A stretch of 50,891 nt of DNA, counting the filler, from Dirinaria sp. TL-2023a (taxonomy: Eukaryota), in the NCBI GenBank assembly GCA_051941275.1. It is 3 parts of 3 records of this genome, joined end to end, with 100 filler letters (N's around TTAATTAATTAA, not from the genome) between each part and the next. Parts side by side here need not be neighbours in the genome. Positions count along the whole stretch, not along the records: positions 1 to 16,903 come from JAVEBF010000465.1; 2 more parts are not named here. One strand, written 5' to 3'. The notes beneath the pieces are model-generated. The model was not told the DNA's origin and did not search any database. It worked only from the letters and a program-made list of their open reading frames with translations. The translations under genes were made by a program, and so were the position numbers. Shown here in pieces: positions 1 through 11,499 of this stretch (its first letter is position 1; the number at the start of each line of letters is the position of its first letter).

Positions 1-34
1 CTCGTTTCCTTTTTTCTTCTTCTTCTCTCTGTTT

Positions 35-1058
35 CTACTGGATGAACAACCCACCATCTACACCCACGACTTTATTCGTCACATACCCCGTCTTCACCAT
101 CCAGAGCACCGTCTCGGCGATTTCTTCGCATGTACCCAGGCGCCCGATTGGGATTTCTGCTGCTTGATTAGTTTTTTTTTTTTTGCTGTGGATGGTGGAG
201 GGGGGACATACTGGATCGGAGTTCTTCTGGGTTCCCGGGCAGCATGCTCGTTCCCGTGATTAAAGCGGGCGCAACACCGTTTATGGTCAGCCCTTTCGGG
301 CTATAGTATTGTGAAAGCCAGTGAACCAGACCGTGGAGAGCGGATTTCGAGGAGCTTTTTGACGGGAGAGGGGTTAGTTGGATTGAATGGAGGGTTAGGG
401 CTTTTGTAGGGGGGGTACTTGACAGGGGAGGGACTCACGCTGATTTTTTCGATGGAGGCTTAGAGTTTTGTTTTCAGGGTGTAAATTGAAATGGTATGAG
501 AAGGTTCAAAAAATATTGTTTCATGATTTATAGCATAATAGAAACGAACAAATAAGGAGATGGAAAAGACGAACCGTAATGCGGCCCCACAACCCCACCG
601 ATAAAGCCCGCTACACTCGAACAGAAAATCACCCTTCCCCATCCTTCCTTCACCATGGCAGGTAGACATAGCTGCGTTAACAAGAAACTGGTCCCGCAAT
701 TCGCTCGCCAGGTTTCTTCGAACATCTCAATCGATACCTCGCTAATGTCTTTGACACCGCTCTTCATTGTAATCCCTGCATTGTTGAATAGAATCGTCGG
801 ATGTCCCATCTTTTCCACCACTTGGCGATGCAACTCACGTACCCCATCGTAATTACGGAGGTCAGCTTGAAACCTCTCGGCTCGAATCCCCTTTGCACGG
901 AGGTCGGAGATCAGTGTCGACGCAGTATCCTCGGCGCTGTGGTAGTGCACTGCGATCGAGCATTTGAGTTCAGCGAGGGCGTGGCAGGTGGCGCGTCCAA
1001 TGCCTCCAGTGGCACCGGTGATTAGTGCAAGATGTGCTGTGAGGTCGGTGGTGAGCAT
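35..1058 (-). CDS. Short-chain dehydrogenase/reductase (FabG/3-oxoacyl-ACP reductase-like); exons 1058-575, 439 (1 nt), 354-212, 156-35
   Basis: TGATGGIG Rossmann motif and NNAG. Spliced product reads GPHYASSKSALHGLVHW...NGVAPALI...KIPIGRLG...VDGGLFIQ*. GT..AG introns read manually. Confidence 0.9.
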
Positions 1059-2534
1059 GGTTAATATCAGAGACCTTACATAAAGATTGTCCGGCCTTAT
1101 GCAGATCAGTGTGCAGATTCTGATAAGGAAATCAACGATCTAAATCAATGTTCAGTCGACGTCATAGATAGATCGCGAGGAACCCCGCACTAGGGAATCA
1201 TAAACTCATAGACTTTGGATAGATATATGGATTTAATTCATTTCAGTACGTACAATAAGTCAACGAAAATCGTCGAATGAGGAGTGTCTGAGAGGAAGAA
1301 TTGGGGGAAACCAATGTGAGAGGGGGGAGAAGTTCTGTAAGTTTGACACTCGGCTGCAGCCGAATTGATCTCAATTATCATGTCTGCACAGCAAGTGTGC
1401 GTCGATTTTTTTTTAGCGATGGTGCGTATATCCGTACCGCTGTTTTCTAGTTCACGGCCACTTAAAGTTTCCCACGAAACCGGTCCTGCAAACTAGCTAC
1501 TTAGCACCAGACTACAGCACCAACAAACCTTAAGATACGAGGCTTCATTGAAAGAATGCTTGGCCGCTCCCGCATAGGGAAGGCCGCAAATCAAAGTGAC
1601 AGAAGGAGCATATCAAGAACGACAGTCGTAGAGCAAAAATGAAAAGAAAAGCACGAGCCAACAGCGAGCTTCGTCGCTTCATCATACAAGACAATCACTT
1701 GAATATTTGTACAAATCGCTCTAATTTCTCTTCATGATGGTCTATGCTGAACTCGATACATGACTATCTGACACATAAGAGATGCTCATTAAGCCATTGC
1801 GGTATATTGGTTTCATGCTACAAGACTCATAGCACTTCCGCGTCGTATGCTCTGACTACCTACTTTAGATCTTCGTTAGACAATCTGGCGCGCTTCATCT
1901 CACGGCTGCACATCTGGCAAATCTCAAAAGGTCTTCTGTACCGAGAAGCAGACCTCATATCCGCTGCGAAGGACCTAACCCTGCAAAAGTTATATTAGTG
2001 CTATGGTCAGAGTCGTGGAAGATGCCGCAAAAGGGTCAAGCAAACCGGTGATCTGCTCCAAGCTACAGGCTATCAACGAATACAATGATAATTTGGACGC
2101 GGAGCTTGCGACAACCGTGTTTGCAGAAACAGCCTGCAGAGGTTGATACAAAGCCGCAGACGGCATTATTACTAACAACTGGCCCGGAACTGCAATTCAG
2201 TGTCAAGAGATGTTATCGGTACTAGATTGGGATGCTATGATGTGATTGGACCTGAGTCTATGAGGATTATGAATGGAATGGCTTATAAATTAGGCTATTC
2301 CAGTGAGAATCGTTCGACTTATACTTTGATGTTTCTTTGCCTGGAGTCCGTCTACAATCTGGGGAATCCTTGCGCTGGGTAAATGTTTGTTCTGACGCAT
2401 GACTCAAACAATGACAGCAGCAAAAGCAGAATGAGAGCAGGGTACTTAGCACTGCTATTCTCTCCGAATTGCAAGACTCCCAAGCAATTGTCATCTCTTC
2501 AGCGCAATATGGGGATCGGTGGAAAACATTTCGC

Positions 2535-3920
2535 TCTAGTAGTTGGCTAATAAAGACGCCAGTGGGACCCCACACTTTCTTCGGGTTTCGCAAACGAGCG
2601 AGTCTGTCCGTAGCTCTAGATCTCAACTCTATGAGGCTGATCCTCGTTTCGTTCTGATAATCAGCTCACTCATCAGTGTTAGAGCCGCGCATGATGGCAA
2701 GACATTCCTCGTTGAAAGAATCCACTTTGCTACGGTTGATGAGATCGGTGTAAGGAGGTGTCTTTACGGGTCTGAGATCTCACTGGAAGTTGAACGCTGT
2801 GTTGATGGCATCAGAACACGCCGCAGTCATCTCTCTCCACACTTATAAATTTCAAGAATGAGTCAATATCAAAACGCCGGAGACCAATGATCCCAAAGCG
2901 TTTGAAATCTCCCTTTGCGCCGATTGCTTCATGACCATCGCTAATCTTTTGAATAGGAACGCGCGAGCCGTTGACGACGAGAGGTTTGAGATCGTAAAGA
3001 GGCTTATAGGCTTCCTCGGCGTCCGCTGGATCGCCGGTATATCTGGCTGATATGATGATTGAAGGCTTCCCAGCTGACGGCGGTGCCATAGTCATGATCA
3101 GACCAGATTCTGCATGGCGACAGTCATCCATCAATGGCATCAATGGCTTCATCACATTTGCCACTTCCTTGGCACGGTCCAGGAGGAAAACAAAAATGTC
3201 CGCCTAAACAGTGCTATCTTCACTCTCCAGAGGCCTGAAAGGGTACGCTTTGATGATCAGTTGCGTTACAAGCCCGAAAAACTGGCCAGCTCCACGGAGC
3301 GCCCAGAGGAGATCGGGCTGAAATCCTTGGTCGACGTGCAATCAGTCCCCTTTCGCGATCACAACGCGGGCTGAGATGACCTAGTCGGACCTGAAGCCAG
3401 TAATCGAATTTGTGAGCGCAGAGCCACCGCCAAGCCCGTACTCAGTAACACCAACGACATTGTCGTTGCCCAATGCTTAGAGTTGTGTAAGCAATCATTT
3501 GTTTGGCTACAATGAACGAGTAGAGCACTCATCTGTGAACAAATACTCCTCCACCAAACGCACAGCTACTTGTTCTTGAAAAACTCCGGCCTGGATGGCT
3601 GCTACACGAGCCTTTCGATCAACCTCGACTGCTGAATAATGAATTAAGTCGATGATCACACCAGTCTTGCCAATGGTCGACCATTCGCTGCCTCCACCGC
3701 CCTTTGTAACAAAAGGGGTCGATAGATTGACAGCCCATTGATCGATGGGTTGGATATCCCGTTCCGTTTTTGGTAGGACAATAGCCGCCGGTATCCCACG
3801 ACCTATGTCAGTCCATCTTTTGTTATATTCTTGGAAAGTAGGCTTCGATGAGTCTGTCAGTATCTAACAGTCTGGCTCCACGAGCTGCTGGAGTGCTGGG
3901 ATCTGAGACAAGACTGACAT
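2535..3920 (-). pseudogene. FAD-binding oxidoreductase (BBE/6-hydroxy-D-nicotine oxidase-like) pseudogene; 3' end approximate
   Basis: Motifs PAAIVLP, KGGGGSEWSTIG, GLGGG and DLLWALRGAGQFFGLVT. In-frame stops at 3866-3864, 3383-3381, 3344-3342 and 3206-3204. Intron donor reads ATGAGT at 3532. Frameshift near 2840. Confidence 0.85.
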
Positions 3921-4171
3921 CCTGGTATCAGATGAAGCTACAAGGCGTGCGTTTTCAACCATTCCAAAAGTCAAACTTTCTGGGAGGAGATAGACGTTAT
4001 TCGAGCATGGTAGGTAGAATTACTTTATGTTATGTATTTTGATCTCCTGGTCTACATTGAGGTAAGGTAGGTAGGTAGGTACCTTAGGTAGGGTACTCGT
4101 ATTCACCTACTTTCTTGTCAGGGTTAGGGTTATACGCAGTTTTCACTTAGGGTTGATGGAAGGTATTTTCC

Positions 4172-4365
4172 TACCTTAGCGAAGATATACGATTCCCTGG
4201 GACCGAGAAAGCGCGGTGGCTCCTGAGAAACAGTATCGTAACGATTAATAAAGTGTCTGTACAGTATCTGCACGGTAATTTTCGACTAATAAGGGTGTCT
4301 ATACTGTTTTTCAGGAGCCACCGCGCCTTCTCGGTCCCAGGGAATCGTATATCTTCGCTAAGGTA
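4172..4365. mobile_element. MITE-like element: 65-bp inverted repeats (4172-4236 / 4301-4365) around a 64-bp spacer
   Basis: The arms match at 63/65 positions, the element is non-coding, and TA flanks either candidate pair of termini (Tc1/mariner-type TSD). Confidence 0.75.
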
Positions 4366-4788
4366 AGGTAAGGTATGGGGTGAAAAATAGCCTGTAACCC
4401 TAAATTTTACTTGGCATATATTCATATAGGTCTGGGCCAGAGCATTAAGTTCAATTGAGTATCTCTAAAGCCATCAGTAGGCATGGTCTGACCAGCAAAT
4501 CGATTTCTGCCCTGGTCCGCTTGTTCTATAGGGTTGCTAACGCCTCGTACACTTCGACTTACAACACCTCTGAGAAAACTACAAGTTTTTCTCTGCCAGG
4601 TGCGGTGGATGCTCTTGCCCACTGAAGAATATATGCGCTACCCTATGTGCAATTAGACGCCTTATCACAAAGCCCCTGTGCCTCCAGCTGTCAAGCAATA
4701 TACTCGGTAGGCGGCTATTCAGTTGTGAAAGTATACCCGCAGTATCCCGGGAGGCGTACAACCTTTCAAATATTTCACCTGCTCTGCA

Positions 4789-7700
4789 ATGGCTGGGGAA
4801 CCAGAAAGTTTATGGGAGAAGGCCTTTGCCTCTTTGAATGACGAAAACAAGTCGTTAGCCGGTCCTCGCGCACTCGACAAGCGAACTTTTCTCATCGACT
4901 TCACTAAAGTGGTTGAAGAGAAGCGTCTAAATTGTGCAAAGAGGGAGTGGAAATTCATACGCAATGGAAAGGAAATCTCAACCCGCGACATTTTCGGGCG
5001 AATGATTACCTGGATCAGCAAGTTTAAAGAGGTCGGCGACGTAGCCTCCCAATATGATTCTACTCACGCTGCACTTCCTTGGGCCGCAGTCCGTCTTGTT
5101 TTACAGGTGAGATGATTATTACTCACAATCACTAGTCCTTTGCAAGGAGCCTGCTTAGATGACTGTCGCCCCCTAGGCTATAGTGAATGAATATCAAACA
5201 AACGAATCACTGCTTGAAGGATTGGAATATATCACAAGCTTGATAGCTAGGTTTGCAATGGTTGAAGGCTTATATCTGAAAGGGCTTACTGTTGCGAGCA
5301 AACAGTTATCCGATACAATTATTCGCCTCTACAGCGCCATACTGACTTATCTTGCGAAAGCTCATAGGTTCTACTCACGAAATACTGCCGGTGATTTTGT
5401 GGCCCAATTCTGTTTTCCCGTGTAACTGGCTGACACTGCCTCGAAGGACGTTTCGTCAAAGCCGCCACCCAGCCCGTAGAGCTCAGCGTAGGTTCGTACC
5501 TTCAAAAGGTCCATGACGAGGAGACAAGGGTAAACGATCTAGCTCGACTGCTTGATGCCGACTGTACGTCCATTATATTCATTTCCTTAAAGACAGTAAG
5601 CCTACAGTAACATCTATTGTCTCGGATTACTTCAAAGATCGCTGGGCTTTGAGACAGTTTGCTGGACGATAACAAGTCAAGTTTCGTTGAAAAGGCTTCG
5701 TGCTGTAGGATCATGTGTCATCTCGTTATCATGTTTTGTTTTGCCAGGTAGAAATCGTGTCTAGGCGTACTGGCTTGCTCGAATTTCTACTTTCTTCGCC
5801 AGACTCAGAGCTTATTGTGACGCCTCTATCTTCAGATCTCCGGCAAATCTCGTCCTTCATGGAAGAACGGTTTGTGCGCTATGAAAATAAGCTCGATACT
5901 TTAGACCAAGGGATTCAAGGTCTGCAACTTACACTTAACAGTCGAATGTCTCCAATAGTCTCTGCAGAGCAGGTACTTGATTGGATAGCTGCGGTCTTCA
6001 CTAAGGAGGACTATGAGCAAGCATTGGCTGTTCGGACTGAGGGATCGTGCGACTGGATACTCAAACGTCCAGAGTTTGTTTCATGGAGAAGATCGAAGGC
6101 AAGAAGCAAGATGTCAAGAATATTGTGGGTCTATGGATCCGCGGGCTTTGGGAAAAGCATTCTCTGTGCCAGAACGATTCACTATCTGCAAACAGAGCTA
6201 CATAAGAGTGTTCCATATTTCTTCTGTTCTTTTTCCGACGAATCGAAGCGGCAGCCGCTTTCCATTCTCCGCTCGTGGATTGCGCAGCTAGTAATTCAGC
6301 CGGACGGCGCACATGAACTGGCCAAAACAGCGTACTCAAAGCGGCAGTCTCCTAAGGCGACAGAACAAGACCTCTGGCACCTTTTCACAGAAATAAATAC
6401 ACAAGTCAGGAATTCCGTATTCGTGGTTGACGGGTACGACGAATGTACCACCGAGGCTTCTAATTTGAAAACTCATGCAAGTTCGACATCACGAGTCGCA
6501 TTTCTCAAGAAACTTATTAGCTCCACAAAGGCCTCGGGTAGTCAATTACTCCTTGTGAGCCGAGAGGATCATGACATCAGAGAGCAACTTGCAGGCGTGG
6601 GAATAACATCGAAGACTCATGAAATCTTCAGGCTCCGCGTCACGCAGCATGATACTCGGGATGATGTGGCCTCTTTTTCAAAGTCCCTAATGGAACAAAG
6701 ACTACCTAACAAGACAGACGAGCTCAAAAGAGATCTTGCAATGACAGCAGCTGAAAAATGTGATGGTATGTTCCTTTGGGTTCGTTTACTGCACGAAAGG
6801 CTGTCCCCTGGCAAGAATGCTCGACAGCTCCTGAAAATGGTCGTAGACACGCCAGCAGGCTTGAACCAGGCCTATGAGCGGGAGTTGCAGGCGATCAATT
6901 ATCTTTCTCAGGATGAGAGAGACCGGGCGACAAAGATTTTGTGGTGGACATTATATGCTATCCGACCGTTGTGCGTGCAAGAGTTGACTGAAGCTTTGCT
7001 TATTGAACTGGATGACGAACAGGTTTGGTATCCGTTTGAAGAATTGCCTGATGCTTACGATGATTTTTACATTGCGGATCAGCTACGAAGATTATGTGGC
7101 TCCTTGATTGACGTGAGGCCTCGTGAAGGCTCTTCTGGTGTTGCCCAATATACAGTTCAATTTGTCCATTTCTCCGTCAAAGAATACCTCTCAGAAGCGC
7201 TTCAGCAATTCCTACCTTATAAAGTTCCGATGTCTGATGCTGCCAGTATTCATGATGTTCTCGCTCAGTACTGCCTTCAATATCTCTGCTACAATGACTT
7301 CATTCAAGAGTCGGTGTCTACAAAGGAAGAGTTTGACCAAAAGGTTCAAAAATACAATTTTCTCCGATATTCCAGCAGGGTATGGATAGCCCATGCATCT
7401 CGTGCGAACCCGCCGTCGTCAGACTTAGTAGAGCTAAGTAACAAATTGCACGACCGTCCAGGATACAGATGGAGATCGTATTCCGAAGTGCTCTTGAATG
7501 CGAGAAGACTCAAAGATTTTTCCAAATGCTTGGTCGAATACCGAGGGAGCTGGCCGGAGCCCTTGTATCTTGCCAGTGTGACTGGTATTACGGAAACCGT
7601 GAGATATGTCATCGGCAAGACAGCCAATCTAGATGATCAAGCTGGCGCTGAGCGGCGAACTGCGTTGTTTGAGGCCATCTACAGAAGGCATTTCTCAACG

Positions 7701-9239
7701 GCAATGCTTCTCCTAGACCAAGGAGCCGATGTCAACATTAGCACGGCAGATGGATATACCTGTTTACACAAAGCGGCCTCGACAGGTCAACTCGACATTA
7801 TGAGAGCATTGATTGGTAAGGGAGCGTCCATCGACGCCCAAGACATGGACGGTTACACCAGTCTTATTGACGTAATCCAAAAGGCATCTCCAGGTACAGG
7901 GGTTTTACAAAACCAGGTTGACGTGGTCAGAATCTTGATTGATAGAGGAGCGAAAGTGGATGTGCAAGACAAGTCGGGAGAGACCGCTCTGTTCAAAGCT
8001 TCAAGATTGGATCACACTGAGATTGTTACTATTCTGGTAGATAATGGTGCTGATCCAAATATTGCTACAAGAGCAGGACAGAACAGTCTTCTTATTGCCG
8101 CCGTGTCCGGTCATCCAAATGTGGTCGAGATACTCCTTCGGAAAGGAGCGAAAGTGAATGCACAAGATCGGTCGGGATGTACTGCTTTATACAAAGCGGC
8201 AGTCACGAGTCATATCGGGATCATTCGTATTCTGATAGATCATGATGCCAATCCAAATATCGCGGCAAAATCAGGATTAGGTGACACGCCACTGCATGTG
8301 TGTTGCGAAAACGGCAACGAAGAGCTTGCAGGTCTATTCCTTGACCACCGCTGCAATCTCAACGCTACAGATTACGTTGGCAGCACGCCTTTGATACGTA
8401 TGATAAGGCGAGGTCGACGATCTTCAGCTTTGCTATCAAAACTGCTAGTCGCCGGCGCCAAGGTTAACCAACAAGACTTCAGAGGCCAAACCGCTTTGCA
8501 TCACATTGTTCAATCGATTATAACGGACATCCTGAAGCGAATCGCAAGGAAGAAATCGATGGAGACTTCTCAAATGATTGAGGACGCCATAACAGCGCCG
8601 GTTCAGCTCTTTATACAGACTCTACTGCGAAATGGCGCTGATCCCTCACAGCGCGATCAGTACGGCTGGTCAAGCGCTGATTGGGCTTCCAGATACCCGA
8701 CTATACTGCGTCTTCTATTACCGCCAGGTACTATCTACCATCCACTCCATGAGACAGAAGTCACATACATAAGGCGCCATTCATTGAAGCCGGCAATAAA
8801 CCATCTCGTCCGCTTAGAGAACCTTGATGTGCCTGATACTTTGAGGTTCTGGTTCTCGCATGTCGGTCGCCTGTTACTTGCAAGCGGTCACCGCGAGGAC
8901 GCCCGGACAGCTCTCATGGCGTCTATGGTGGCCCGAGAATCCAGGGCGCAGCCCAAGTACACTCCCATCTGCGACATTTGCGCTGCTACTGTCGTCGGAG
9001 ATCGGTACATATGTGAGACCTGTGCCGAGACCGTTCTCTGTGGGGATTGTTTGAAACTGTACATGATGGAGCCGATGGCCCAGCCTGCGAGACTCAGTAT
9101 CATGCTGGGGAGTTGCACCGGTCATGACTTCTTCTACATCTCTGAAGAAGAATACCGCAAACTCCCTCAAGGAATGGTAAACGGGCGAGGAGAAACTAGT
9201 ACCGCATTTGTGAAACGCTTGGGGGAAACCTTTGCATAG
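4789..9239 (+). CDS. NLR-like STAND protein: N-terminal helical domain + NACHT + ankyrin repeats + C-terminal ZZ-type zinc finger; 3 introns (5107-5176, 5391-~5446, ~5563-5835)
   Basis: FKEVGDVASQYDSTHAALPWAAVR (common fungal NLR N-terminus), Walker A GSAGFGKS, Walker B VFVVDGYDEC, GMFLWVRL, FVHFSVKEYL. About 9 ankyrin units (G-T-A/P-L-H/F). CDIC-x9-CETC-x5-CGDC...C-x2-H at 8970-9131. Confidence 0.92.
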
Positions 9240-9824
9240 CTGGGTAAGAATACTGTAACGAGTGAGCGTCAGTAACAGACATTATCCAGCAGTACCACAG
9301 GACGGTCTAGGGGTCTGGACATACCAGCTCAACACTTTGTCTTTGGTTTCAATAGAAAGAATTTGATGACGGGCAGTCCGCTCGGTGCCTTGGAGCTAGA
9401 CGCCAAACCATTTGGTGTGTGCATGTGTGTTGCGAAATCTTGGCATTCAAAGTTCTTTCTCTCTCATACACGTCGCATTGATCACTATGATACTTATTGT
9501 CGTCTATCGATGTTTTTTTTTTTTTAATTAAGATTGCAAAAGTCATCTTTTTCTAGCGTCTTTTAGCATTTAACGATTTGACGATTTAACAGTGGCGCTT
9601 TCATGGAGAATCGATCCATCGACACTTCGTGAAACCGTTTTTGTGCTAAAATCCCGCTCTTTCGCTAGCGCTAAAAAGAAGCGATTACATTTGAACTTTA
9701 AGAGAGGAAAAGATCGAAGAGAATTCATTTGATAAATGAGAAGAACTGTTGACACTGAACGAGAGAGATGTGACGATAGTGGGATTTGTAAAAAAAGAAA
9801 ATCATTGCAGACTGCTACTAGTGA

Positions 9825-10797
9825 TCATGTCTGACTTCCGTAGACTGTGTTACGACCCTGAACACTAAGTAGTAAGATAGACAACCAAGTCGCTGACTCG
9901 GTTTGGGGTTGGTCTTTTGGTATATCACGGCCGGTGAGCAAAGACTTGAGGTGCGAGATCAGCTGCTCAACATTGCTAGCTCGGGTGCCTCCAGAAGCTT
10001 TGAAATGTCTGGGGAGAATGAGCAGCCGAACCCAGGCGAAATTGTTGCACTGCTTCGCAAGAGGCATTTCGCTGGCCTCGTCATGGTTCCCTTCAAGGTG
10101 AAGGGCCTGTCCTTTGCAGTAGAAGTCGATCTAATGGGTTTGATTAGTCCAGCTCACTTAGCTTCCTGAGTATGTGAGTGGGGAAACATTGATGGAATAG
10201 TGGCAGCGATCGCATTGACGCGTGCTATGACTCAGCAGCATTCTGGATGCAAAGATACCCAGCTAAGGGCAGAGAAATGACAGAAGTAACACAGAGAAGT
10301 GGGTGTTCGGGGTCACTTGACGCATACTATGATTGTGCAACTGAGGCATATTTGAAGCAAAGAGACCAGGGCGAGCCAAGGGCTGAGAAGTGATGGAATT
10401 GACAAAAGGCTCGAACAGGGACTGGGAATGCTTAACTGTAAAGGATCGGAATCCTTGGCGCCTGCGTTGACTCTGGGATCGCTGTAGTCTTTTGGCTTCA
10501 GCTCTAGCCTACAGCTTGCATTTTTCGTCCTGAGGAGAACCCGCATCAGCAATGGAAAGGTATTGGCAGTCTGCACTGGACTTACTTCTGGGCAATGTTG
10601 ACGTTGTAGTCGAAAACCACTGGACCCACGTTGGCATTTGTGGGTCCCTGCCCGCCCTTTTCGAGGGTGGTCCAATTGTCAGCCGGCAAAGGATCAACTC
10701 TTGCGACGGTGAAGGAAAGCAGCGCCCATTTTGCCTTGTAGCTGTATGGCATGGTGGCGGTGGAGGAAGGGCCGCTGATGACGGGCTTTGGAGGCAT
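9825..10797 (-). CDS. Orphan gene A (multi-exon, possibly pseudogenised); diverged paralogue of gene B
   Basis: ATG 10797; clean intron 10585-10530 (GTAAGT..GCTGAT..CAG); last exon 10130-9825 after CTAAT..TAG. Shares ordered motifs with gene B. The middle exon phases could not be reconciled. Confidence 0.55.
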
Positions 10798-10830
10798 CTT
10801 GGAGAAAGGAAGCGGAGGAAGTAGATAAAG

Positions 10831-10976
10831 TCAGAGTCTGTTCGAGGCCGGCGCCCTGGGTTGGGGGGAGGGGGGATGGGAATATCAGAGTCTGCTCGAG
10901 TCAGCGCCCTGGGAGCAATTATACCATTAGGACACGATCAAGTCGATTTACTATGTAGTATAACCACTAAAGAGAA
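10831..10976 (-). promoter_or_regulatory. Upstream cassette of gene A: two ~29-bp motif copies (10831-10860, 10885-10913) plus a 63-bp block shared with 14654-14716
   Basis: The reverse complement of 10885-10976 equals 14654-14745 at 88/92 positions. The cassette ends 34 bp upstream of the gene A ATG. The repeat is seen directly; regulatory function is inferred. Confidence 0.6.
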
Positions 10977-10977
10977 G

Positions 10978-11037
10978 GAAGAAGAAGAAGAAGAAGAAGA
11001 AGAAGAAGAAGAAGAAGAAGAAGAAGAAGAAGAAGAA
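10978..11037 (+). repeat. (GAA)20 microsatellite
   Basis: Perfect GAA run directly abutting the cassette. Confidence 0.97.
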
Positions 11038-11210
11038 AAAGAAAAGAGGGAGCGTGAGTCATGAGAGGCCCGAGATAAGGGGCGGCTACTTTGGCGCGAC
11101 CCACAATTCACCTACATATAAACTGCTCCCACGACGCAAATTCATCTTCTCCTCTTCAGATGTCACTTCGATGATAGACTTGATCTCATTTTGTTTTAAG
11201 TGCATCTCCT

Positions 11211-11345
11211 GGCAGGGCGTTGATTTGATCAAACCTCTGACTCCCCTTTTCCCTTCTCCCCTTTCCCCCACCCAGGGCGTTGACTTGATCAACCCTCTGA
11301 CTCCCCGTCCCCTAACCCTGGGCGCTGGCTTTGAACAGACTCTGA
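11211..11345 (+). promoter_or_regulatory. Three copies of the ~30-bp motif upstream of gene B (11211-11240, 11271-11300, 11316-11345) separated by C/T-rich spacers
   Basis: GGCAGGGCGTTGATTTGATCAAACCTCTGA, CCCAGGGCGTTGACTTGATCAACCCTCTGA and CCCTGGGCGCTGGCTTTGAACAGACTCTGA. GACTTGATC also occurs at 11178, as in the other cassettes. Confidence 0.6.
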
Positions 11346-11499
11346 TTAATCCCTCACACACGATCTTCTGCATCCATTCTTTGAGACACTTCATTGGGCT
11401 GCCCAGATACTGCTCATCGTGATGGAGTCAAGGAAATCCGAGTCGTCATTCTCATTCCATCCTCCAGTTGCTCCTGGTTCAGACCCTCAAAACCCTACG

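Noticed and set aside
1860..2200. Protein-like plus-strand fragment (MVRVVEDAAKGSSKPVICSKLQAINEY...)
   Set aside because: Short, stop-interrupted and no recognisable family; cannot be supported as a gene.
4119..4155. Telomere or interstitial telomeric array
   Set aside because: Only two to three TTAGGG-like units; treated as part of the nested inverted repeat.
10861..11064. ORF with a poly-Glu tract
   Set aside because: Translation of the (GAA)20 microsatellite from a non-ATG start; no coding evidence.
10831..11345. CRISPR-like array (~30-bp repeats with spacers)
   Set aside because: Eukaryotic intron-containing context, only 2-3 degenerate copies per site, low-complexity spacers of unequal length, no cas genes.
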